A DNA stretch of 58,795 bases, counting the filler, from Sphacelaria rigidula (lineage: Eukaryota), in the NCBI GenBank assembly GCA_964200075.2. It is 8 parts of 8 records of this genome, joined end to end, with 100 filler letters (N's around TTAATTAATTAA, not from the genome) between each part and the next. Parts side by side here need not be neighbours in the genome. Positions count along the whole stretch, not along the records: positions 44,173 to 51,434 come from CAXNAA020015725.1; positions 51,535 to 58,795 come from CAXNAA020015726.1; 6 more parts are not named here. One strand, written 5' to 3'. Positions 49,141-58,795 of the stretch are shown here, piece by piece. The notes beneath the pieces are model-generated. The model saw only the letters and a list, made by a program, of their open reading frames with translations. It searched no databases and was not told where the DNA came from. The position numbers and the translations under genes were made by a program. Numbering within the stretch: the stretch's first letter is position 1; every line of letters begins with the position of its first letter.

Positions 49141-51534
49141 TGGCGGAAAGGTGCGTTGTTCAAACGGGCGTTGTCCGCGGGTCGGTCCATAGGTCGGTAG
49201 GTGAGAGTGCGACCTTGTCGTTTCATGAGCAAGCAGCAGTTAAGGCACTGCTATAGTACCAGCTGGATTGTCAGTCTTGGTGCTGTATTGTACGGGGTAA
49301 TTATGTATACCACGCAAGCGAAGTCGAAACAAAAGCAGTCAGAAATTGTGCAAAATACGTATACGTATACACATGGTTCAAATCAATGATAACATGTACC
49401 ATGGCTGGACCCCCTGGGGGGTCACGTGAAGTGCGACAATCAATCAATTAATCACCGCTACAAGTGAAGGCCTGGCTCGTGTAGTGTTGCAGGTTAACTT
49501 CAGAGTATTGTCCTACCGGCCGCGTGTTTTACGTCTTGGATGTCTACCTGTGTTGTGCTTTTTCCCGGCAGCTTGTGGTGCGGAGAATCATTGTGCACTA
49601 GTATACATGTGAATAATGCCGGTTTGACGTCAGCGTGGCATATGTATATATATTATATAAATATATACGGAAGTTCACTGTCCGTAAGTTCGGCCAACTA
49701 TGGAGTGCAGATGATATCTCGTCAACAGAGGTGCTGAAGATGCCACGGTTGGGTTCATGAGAAAGACATGACGCAAACAATGATGACCATATAAAAGTGA
49801 AACGATATTTTTTGGCAAAACTCGAGTCAAGTTATACCCCATTTTGACGCTCCTTGAAGATATATTTTCGATAGTGATACCGAGGAAGCGTGTAACGGCA
49901 TACGAGGGTGAGGACGCGGCAAAGGGCGGCGACGTTGTAAAAGATGATGAAGTGCGATGAGGAGGCCTTCGAAACGGCTTTGGAGTATCTACAGTAGTGG
50001 GCGGTCTAACTATTTAGGGGTGTATTGGAGTTTTCCTCGCGTACTACTCTTCGGTAGAACTCGAAATTGCAAGCGTCGGTAGATTTTGGTACAACGAAGC
50101 AGATCATCCTCGAAACACAGTGCCCAAGTCAGTGTTAGTTGGTGTTATCGGGCGAAACAAGTAAATACCCCGTTCATCAGGAGGGTGTTATTAACCGTGA
50201 AACACAGTTTTTCGGCCCTCGTCCAACGAGTAGGCAGAAATTAAAAAAAGAAAAACGTGCATTTCTTTACATATATAATCGGGACGGGCTCGATCGACCG
50301 AAAATACAGAAGAGTGAGAACCTGGGTTGAAATTGGCAGGACCCGCGATGACCGGTCAGCTCGTAAGTCACTCATTATTGAGTACGGAGGACTTTTTTTC
50401 TTAGAATGTGGAGCGGATACAAACATCTTCAGATCCCCGATATGATAGGCGGTGGCCAGCGAAAAGAGCCCAGAAAAATCGCCAATTACGAAAAAATCAC
50501 AAAATGCCCCAAAATGAATAGTTAGATCCCCCACTACTGTAGCATCCAGCCCCAGAGAGGACGACGACGGCTAACTTTTTTTCCAACGCTGTTTGGCCCC
50601 CGTAGAAGGAGCGAAATCTGATTATTTTCGAGCCGATTCAGTTCTTCTCGGCCGTTGGACTGCACGGTGGAAATGGACGCGGTCAAAGTAAAATGAGCTC
50701 CAAGTGATAAAAAGCTGAACAAATGATCACAACTCGAACACAGAATCGGACACTGTTCAAGGCCTGTACAAACGTAGTTCACCTAACCCATGGGATAGAG
50801 GAAACATATTATTGTCGGCAATGAAACGCAGTATTTGTGAGAACCTGGAAACGACACTGCTCTAGAGCGGAAAAAGGAAAACAAGAGTGAAAAGGCACAA
50901 TCGCTCGGGTCAGGCGGCACTATGGTGTGCGTCATAGTGCGTGTACTCAGCCGCCCACGTCGCTGCAGTACGTGAGCGGCGGTGACTGCTTCCACGCTGT
51001 GTGGGTGCGTTTCCTGGGGGTCTTTCAGAACCCGTTGGCTTGGCAACCATAACCATTGATCACACTGTGGACAATCGCGCCTGCAGCAACAGTTTGTCTG
51101 CACAACCCTCGCGTTGGAATGACTGCATTGAGCTACCGCCGGAGAAATCAGGTGGCGACTCTCCCCTTTGAATTCCAGCGGTGGTCGACTTGTGAATCGG
51201 CATCACTTCGACTCAATAAAAGCGGTAAAATGATGCCGGTTCAGTCAAAGCGTTCATGAGTTTTCTGGTGTATTGAACCCTGAAGACTAAAAAGCGTGGC
51301 CTGAACTGCCGCTGTGTGCCGGCGGCTTGTGCCCCCAATCATGCTGCTGGCAGTCGTGGCTCGAGGGGGGAGGGGCGTACACATTTGTTGCTTGCCTTAG
51401 TCGTTTGACCATTGATCACGCATCCCTTTCGAGANNNNNNNNNNNNNNNNNNNNNNNNNNNNNNNNNNNNNNNNNNNNTTAATTAATTAANNNNNNNNNN
51501 NNNNNNNNNNNNNNNNNNNNNNNNNNNNNNNNNN

Positions 51535-51590
51535 ACATACATACATACATACATACATACATACATACATACATACATACATACATACAT
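51535..51590. repeat. (ACAT)n microsatellite
   Basis: Directly visible at the contig start. Confidence 0.95.
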
Positions 51591-53412
51591 GTACATTCAA
51601 GTCATTTTCCAACGAGTCCCTTATGTGCAGATGCAAAGCTTTCCTGACTTGGTTTGAATCTATATATGCTCCGACATTACCGTAGGGATTCCACGGGTGT
51701 CGGGATCGAATGCTTGAGACAGCAGTAGTACTCATAGTGCTTGTGGTGAGTGATACACATACCCTCATGAGAAGATGTTTTTTTTACTATACTGCTCTTG
51801 AAAAGCGACGGGTTGTCTGCGGGTACAGTTTTTGTTTTTTTGTGTGATGCCGCGATAGCCCCCCTCCCCCCCGAAAAAAAGTAGGTAATTTGAGGAGGCA
51901 AGATCTATATGGAAACTGGCACGTTTGGGGTCGTTTTCGCCAATTGTCGCCCATGTGAGGCGCTTCATACCGTCTGAAACCAGCTATCACGCGCTGTACA
52001 GCCATTTTCTTTCGTGAAAGTTTTGGGGCTAGTTTGGGGGAGGGTGCTATCGCAGGCAGCATCACACAAGGGGTAGGTAGGAGAGTACTAAAACAGACGG
52101 AGCTATCGCAGCATGACTCATTTCTCTCAAGCCGTGCACTTTGTGCCGTGTAGATGGCTATTTCCTAGGAGAGCCTATACCGAAATCACAGTCCAAAAGT
52201 GTAGTGAGACCGTTCGACAGCTGATGCTACTATCCGTGGACAGGATCAACCAGCCTATCGCAGGTTCATGACCCGCCGCGACCGGGTAGTCTAATGGGTA
52301 CATCGTGTTGAGCCAATGAAGGCGGGAAGTAAAAATATCCTAATCCAGGCAGATTAAGTTTTCTTTTTTTCCCCTGATAAAGAATCTCTTTCGCAAGCCA
52401 ACTTTCGTTTTTTTTTTCTACTTTTGTTTCGCCCCCCCCAAATGCACTTTTTTCCGGCTCGGCCCGAAATAAATGGTTGACAACAATTCCGACGATAGAT
52501 AAGATTTTCGGAACAGATTGCAGTCAGTCCTAAATTGACCTATCGCTTGACCGGGTTAGCCAATTGACCGTCAGCATAGATCATCTGTTTAATCAGCACC
52601 ATTTTCACTTGCAAAAATAGCGAACGCCTCGGATGACCTACCGTCGCGGTCAGGGGTTCAAGAAATGTGCCCTCGCAATTTTCGGAGAATATTTTTTTCT
52701 TTCGTGATATTCGGAGATTTCGGGGAACAAAATAGATCCGTTAACCCGTAGACGGCAAACCCCCCAGATGGACTGAGATGGAGTGCACCACATTTGGAGC
52801 ACAGAACAGTTTTTTTTTGCTACAGAAAACGCCTTTTTTCATGGACATGTGGATGTTGGGCACATCTATATTGGAAATAGTCCTGGAGAATCCCTGACCG
52901 AATTTTAGGCTACGGTCAAGTGCGTGCAGAGTCAGCATGTGTGCTGCATGTCCTCGCTGGATACAACAAGAGACAGACAGCGTGCCATCGCTCCCCACTG
53001 AACACAGTCTAACGCATGTCGCTGATGCCTCTGCTTAGAGTTCTACAACCACACTACAGAGTGAAGCTATCCTGGCAACGCATGAGGGGTTAGGCAGGCT
53101 GCAAAAACCACGAGCAGAGTAAACACCGGTCGCCGCGGTGGCTCAGTTAGTAACCTCGAAACCTTCCGACAGTTGGGTCGTGGATCCGAATCTCGGTGCA
53201 GTTACACGATCTCGGATTTTTTATCACACCATGCCCAACAGTGGAGAGCGACCATGTCGTGGGTACACAAAAAAATTGACTTCACGGGACCGCTGAACCC
53301 CTGTCGCGAAAAAAAGAAGGTAAGCACTGCCGAAGGATGGTGCAGTACTAAAACAGAAGAAGAAATAAGTAGCTCCTGTGTTGGGCTTCCTCCTGTGTGA
53401 CCCCGACTGATG

Positions 53413-53737
53413 CAGTAGAGCTGAGGATTTGTACGTAAACAATGCTTGGTACTCGATTTTACTTGATTTTAGAGTGAAAAAAGTTCCGAGAAAATTCATG
53501 GTCTGGGGCAGGTGAACGGTGGACCCAGCTCGTCCAGAACGTGTTTTGGTCCAAAATGGGCTGAAAGGCGTCGCTTTGAGCTCTGGCAACGCACACTTTG
53601 TCTACGGAACACTCTGTACCCCGTTGCCCGAGGGTTCTCGATATGCCTTGGTCGGGGTTAGGGTTAGGGTTAGCGTTAGGGTTGGCGGCATCTCCATAGT
53701 ACCAACCATTGTTCACGTACAAATCCTCAGGTCGCCT
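53413..53737. mobile_element. MITE with 9-bp TSD and internal (TTAGGG)n, inserted into a family C repeat
   Basis: IRs ctgaggatttgtacgtaaacaatg / cattgttcacgtacaaatcctcag. Duplication CGACTGATG at 53404-53412 and 53738-53746. Telomere-like run at ~53654-53685. Confidence 0.8.
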
Positions 53738-54252
53738 CGACTGATGTGCCCACATATACCGAAAGGTGTAGACTGGCGTCCAGAATAAATGGGATGACAA
53801 CACACAATACACCCAGAGTCAAAATCACATTATTTTGTGCCCATGTTTTCTATGGTTGAATTGTCGTGACCAACATGAGAAATACTGCTAGACAGCGAAG
53901 TAGTTCATCCGTAATTCATCTGTAGGGGAACAAAGTGACCATTTTGATGGCCGTGAATGGTTAGGATGGTAACTCCGCTCCTCTCGGGCCTCGTTCCTGC
54001 CTTGGAATTTTCCGTGGGAAACTTCCAGACACACGTGGTTGACTCGGTGAGTATTTCGGCTGCTCTGCGAACAGGCCCCCACCCCCTGCCAAAAACCACC
54101 CCCCGCCCCCTGGAAACCCTGGGATGTTCCTGGACTGTAAGCGTGTGAAACTGTTCCGAGGCGACGCTCGCTGTTTAATGGTCAACGCTTTGACCGTCAA
54201 AGGCGACCCACTAGTGGAATCGGCATCATTGTCAGTCCTTGTTGAAGCCTTG

Positions 54253-55899
54253 TTCAAGCGACAAACACGAGGACGGCCTCTGTCCGTGCTCCTCTGAAAT
54301 CGATCGAAATCCAATCCTCACGCGAAGCCAAGTCGACCACAGCCTACACAGAGCACGGGAGTCGACTTTCACGAACTTTCGGGCGCGCCCACGGGCGAAA
54401 CAGTGCCGCGGCCAACAAGGGCTACGCAGTAGGCCTCCCTGAGACCGAGAACGGGGTGGGACGACCCACCGCCATCTACTATTTTCATCCTAGACAATCT
54501 TTTTTTCCAAAGTTAGATCCCCTTGTCGCAACAGTAGACTCTCTGGTGACCAGTCTCCGCCCCTCGAAGCTGACCCTCCACACCACCGCACGGCAGAACA
54601 TCACAGGCCCGCTAGATCTCCGCCGCATCTTTCCGCAGCCTAAAGAAATCCCCGGTGCACACGCCAGATCCCATCGGGATGTGTAGCTGGTCGCTACCTC
54701 ACAGAACAGCAATAAATAAAAAGGCCGCCAATGATCGCTCACATTATATTGTTCTGCAACAGTTTTGCAGACCCCGACGGAACCCAACGGGTCAAGCCCC
54801 CAAAGAGTAAGAGTAGGGCGAAATAATGCTGTAGAGAGCGTGACTGCTCTTGACAGAAAGTTTCGCTTCTTCACGACAGGTTCTCGAATAGTTTCGGACC
54901 ATTGCTGCTTTTGCCGAAGTATCACGTTTGAGGGCAGCGTTCTTGGAAAAAGACAACGGTTGTTTGGCAACGACCCGTTATGCAGAGCGGCCCTGTGCAC
55001 TGTTCAGACAACATAACGGGTCGCGGAACAAACGGACTTATCTACCTATTGCTACACGCAAAAACGCACATAATGTGTAACGGACCTAGGTCTCTTTCGG
55101 CTACCACTCTCATCATGTACCATTCTTTTTTGTGTCACGGGTGGTATCGACCGTATGTCCTTTTCCAAGAACGCTGCCGTCACATGTGATACTTCGGCAA
55201 AAGTAGCAATGATCCGAAACTATTCGAGAACCTTTCTCGTGAAGAAGTGGAACTCTCTGTCAAGAGCAGTTACGCTTCCTACAGCATTATTTTGCCCTAC
55301 TCTTTGGGGGCTCAATCTGTTGGTTTCCGTCTGGGTCTGCAAAACTGTTGCAGAACAATATAATGTGAGCAATCATTGGCGGCCTTCATTTATTGTTGTT
55401 CCGTGAGGTAGCGACCAGCTACACATCCCGATGGGATCTGGCGTGTGTACGGGGTTTTTTAATGTGTTGACAACAACAACAGCGACAACAATAACCGGGG
55501 ATTCCTCCAGGCTGCGGAAAGATGCGGCGGAAATCTAGCGGGCCTGTGATGTTCTGCCGTGCGGTGGCGTGGAGGGTCAGCTTCGAGGGGCGGAGACTGG
55601 TCACCAGAGAGTCTACTGTTGCGACAAGGGGATCTAACTTTGGAAAAAAAGATTGTCTAGGATGAAAATAGTAGATGGCGGTGGGTCGTCCCACCCCGTT
55701 CTCGGTCTCAAGGAGGCCTACTGCGTAGCCCTTGTTGGCCGCGGCACTGTTGTGTCCGTAGGCGCGCCCGTAAGTTTGTGAGAGTCGACTCCCGTGCTCT
55801 GTGTAGGCCGTGGTCGACTTGGCTTCGCGTGAGGGTTGGATTTCGATCGATTTCAGAGGAGCACGGACAGAGGCCGTCCTCGTGTTATGCTTGGACCCC
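54253..55899. mobile_element. ~1.65-kb foldback / long-TIR element
   Basis: ~54253-54980 is an inverted, high-identity copy of ~55135-55899. The mirrored ORFs 54456+ and 55419- are a by-product. Confidence 0.9.
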
Positions 55900-56132
55900 T
55901 CTTTGGCTGAGAAGGGCGCGACCCTCTGTAGTCTCGAGCCCTATTTTTATGATTGTTATTTTTGTCATTATTGTGATTAGATATGATATGATTACATTTT
56001 TACCATTTTATTATTTATTTTTATTTTAATCGTCGGTTTGTGTACATCTCTGCATTTGTTTTGCTTCTGTCTCCCTCCATTTGTCATCGTCATTGCATGG
56101 GGTGTAAAAATAAAAATAAAATGACGAAGAAG

Positions 56133-56260
56133 ACGTGGAAGGCATAACACAAAAAACCGGCAGCGCGAAGAAGTTTCCGGTGTTCGTCAAGATGCTGTTC
56201 ACCGCTCTCGGAGACGGCAGCGATAGCGTGTTCGTCGACCTGCTCACCTACGCCGACCTC
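56133..56260 (+). CDS. CCDC61: CCDC61/VFL3 centriolar protein, internal exon (SAS6-like head domain)
   Basis: VEGITQKTGSAKKFPVFVKMLFTALGDGSDSVFVDLLTYADL matches the CCDC61 T.KTG.FK.F..F..ML..AL...S.SV.LDLLTY.DL pattern. AG at 56131-32 and GT at 56261-62. Not listed in the ORF track. Confidence 0.88.
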
Positions 56261-56409
56261 GTGAGTTGCAAATTGTCATGACCTACTGTTGTTGTTCTTG
56301 ATGTTGACGTCATTTTTTGGCAAGAAACAGAGAACATGCACTCTTCCCCCCCGCACAAAAAAACAAACTCGGAATGTCGCGGGTAGGATAGGATATACAG
56401 GGTATGGTA

Positions 56410-56443
<34 letters not shown>

Positions 56444-57318
56444 CAGGGCGTGATCGCTCCATGCATATACTCAAGACGCGATGATGCTGTTGCGTCCACC
56501 TGAGACTTTACTGTGCCCCGGGAACGCGTGCACGATGCGTGAAGCAGTCGCTCTTCTTGTAGTTGCCGTTGTTGTTTGTTGTCGTCGTCGCTGTCACTGT
56601 TGTTTTTGTTGTTGATATGAGGTGTTGATGTTGTTCTTGCCCACTGTTGTGTCTGTGAACGCGGATATTTGATGGTTACAAAAACCCCGCACTCGCTCTC
56701 GCGTATCTCAGCTGGCGCTATTATTTGAATCACTTATATTTTGACCTCTGCTCCATATATTTTTCATGCCCTCAATTTCTGTTTTATTTAGGTTTTGGTA
56801 AAGGCACATTTTCCCAAGTGTTTTAGATTACTACTCTCATGTTGGGAAAAAAAAATCATGCTGTCGCAATGTTTGTTTCTTGCTCCTGAACATCTCCTGG
56901 ATGAAGTCCATACCCAATTAGTGTCGTTCTGAAATAGCTTCGCCACAACCTGCTTCTACGGCTTTTCGTTTCTTTCGTTTCTTTCGTTTTCTTCTATTTT
57001 GTGTGTGGCTTCTTGCCTCACGCCGTGCGGCAGGCACCGGCCATTTCTTTTTTCTTTTTTCTTGTTTTTTATTACGTATATAATAATAGTAGTATCTTAT
57101 TGATTTCATTGGCACTGTGCGTAGCGGTACTAAATGACACAATCGCCTTTCCCCCCCCCTCATTTTCCCCCTTTCCTCTCCCTTTTTTCCTTTCTATTTT
57201 CTTGGTTTTCGTTTTTCCAGTTTTACTCTTGTTCGTCGTTTTTTTTCTTTTCTTTTTTTGTCCCCCTTTTATCTCGAGTTTCTTTCAACAAGTGTTTCAC
57301 ACCGTGGATAAAATAATA

Positions 57319-57877
57319 CTCCCTCTGTCCGAAAACATAAGTCTGATTCGCACCTTTTGTCAAATAAAACGCTCTAGACTACGAAAGAGCAGGTGCTGGG
57401 TTCGATTCCCTCCTTGAACACCTTTTTTTTTCGGAAGAAACACTTTTTTTTTTTTTTTTCTCCATTCCTTTTTTTTGTTGTAAAGGTCCCAATTTTTGGC
57501 ACACTGTAGGTTTGCTCCCGGTCAACGGGAAACATATATTTTTTCAAAGTGCACGCCTACAGGTGGCTACATAGAGCCAAGATTCCACGGAAAAAAAGCG
57601 ACTGAAAAAAAACGTTTTCCTCACCACGTAACTGAGGAAGAAGGACACGGTCTTTTCCCTTCCTGTCTAGATCTTCGGCGAATGCGTCTGGGGCCAAAAA
57701 AATCTATGGGAGGAGATGAAAACGAACCATCCCCTGTTTTAGGCCATTTCTTCAACAGTACCACCACTGGGAGCACGACAAAAAAATGAGGCAAAAAAAC
57801 TTAGTGCAACGCTCTGAACGACAAACCGACCTTATATTCCGAATTCCCAAATGTGACTTATTTTGTCGTTCAGAGTG
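57319..57877. mobile_element. Degenerate Stowaway-like MITE in the CCDC61 intron
   Basis: Left end TA-CTCCCTCTGTCCGAAAACATAAGTC; decayed right end GACTTATTTTGTCGTTCAGAGTG-TA. Confidence 0.55.
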
Positions 57878-58298
57878 TACTGCGTAGAGAATCGAATCTA
57901 CTCTCTATTGCAATGGACGCAATAGTCGATACTGTCCGCAGTACACTTTTTGATGACGATATCAATTGTCCAGGTCAGGTGTGAAGTGATTCCGCATTGT
58001 TTACCTTAGGCACGTACGTCTATCTTATGGATAATGACCACAACTGTATTACTAGGGGATCAGTTAATGTGCGAAAATCAATTAAAAGAAATGAAAAGAA
58101 TTACAATAATCGATCAATCAACCGATCAAGCTATTGGCCGAAATTTGCCATTATTAGAGGTGCTGGTAACCCGGCGTCATGTCGCATTTTCAACCTCCCG
58201 TGCCCGCTTGTTGTTTTTCTTCCTGGCTTCATACAAATTTCTATGTGTGTGTGTGTGTGTGGACGCACTCGGGAAAAATACCAACCCGGCATATGAAG

Positions 58299-58595
58299 GA
58301 GTCGCTCAAGACGAGAAGGGCTAGCTCCGGTATCAGCAGCAATCAGCAGCAACAGCAGCAGCAGCAGCAGCACGCCTTTTCCAGTCGAGGCGGGGTGGGA
58401 CGAGATGGCGACGGCAACATAGGTAATAGTAATATTAACAAGCGTTACCTGATACTGACCTATGCGGGCGAGTACGACCGGGTGCACTACCCTTTGCCTC
58501 TGGCATTCGTGGAGAATGACCACGGGAGGGAGGGGCTCTCGGAGGAGGATGAGGAGGACCGCGAGGAGCCGCGGAGCATGTCGCGAACAAAAGAG
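58299..58595 (+). CDS. CCDC61: CCDC61/VFL3, next exon
   Basis: ESLKTRR...poly-Q...NKRYLILTYAGEYDRVHYPLPL (CCDC61 KRYLIL.Y..EFDR.HYPLPL motif). AG at 58297-98 and GT at 58596-97; 297 nt, in phase with the previous exon. Confidence 0.9.
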
Positions 58596-58795
58596 GTACG
58601 GGAAGCGTTTTGAAGACTACTCCAATATGGCCAACTCATAATTGTACAGTAGACCACGGGATTCATGTTCATCGCACAAACCATCGTTCTGTGATTTACA
58701 GTAACCCCCTCCCCCCGCCCCCCCGGCGTGCTCTGTACCGGCTTCGTAGGGATGCGAGGTCAATGATCTCATAACTACGGCATGCAAGGTCATCA

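Noticed and set aside
53173-53400. Upstream CCDC61 exon (QWRA motif)
   Set aside because: The surrounding residues and splice sites do not fit the CCDC61 N-terminus.
54456-55694. Two near-identical small ORFs (MGRPTAIYYFH...)
   Set aside because: Mirror images created by the inverted repeat, with no independent evidence of coding.
57370-57415. Functional tRNA gene
   Set aside because: No complete cloverleaf; only a T-arm/anticodon-like part is present.

Overview
This window is not a contiguous locus. It is eight unrelated contigs of 7,262 bp each (the last is 7,261 bp), joined by artificial 100-bp spacers (N44-TTAATTAATTAA-N44), so neighbourhood across spacers means nothing. The DNA is eukaryotic, intron-rich and repeat-rich. 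Its gene content (a PMP-like GGA/FxxN beta-helix protein, CCDC61/VFL3, short exons in long introns) resembles a brown alga or other stramenopile; this is inference. Contig 1 holds a decayed RTE-like LINE on + and a second LINE remnant on -. Contig 2 is a nearly complete, disrupted Ty3/Gypsy element with a chromodomain-like C-terminus. Contig 3 has three exons of a fatty-acid transport protein / very-long-chain acyl-CoA synthetase gene and a hAT-type non-autonomous element with an exact 8-bp TSD. Contigs 4 and 5 are mostly MITEs, foldbacks and repeat arrays. Contig 6 has a 2.6-kb exon encoding a secreted PMP-like repeat protein. Contig 7 may hold low-complexity exons of an unknown gene. Contig 8 has two CCDC61 exons and a 1.65-kb foldback. 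The most interesting signals centre on the RTE-like LINE. It has two tandem PAM2-like (PABP-binding) motifs in frame with the endonuclease and a three-way-junction structure in the presumed 5' UTR. Its 3' end is a structured ~65-nt module with GNRA-loop variation and a compensatory base change, and the module recurs as dispersed copies in several contigs.
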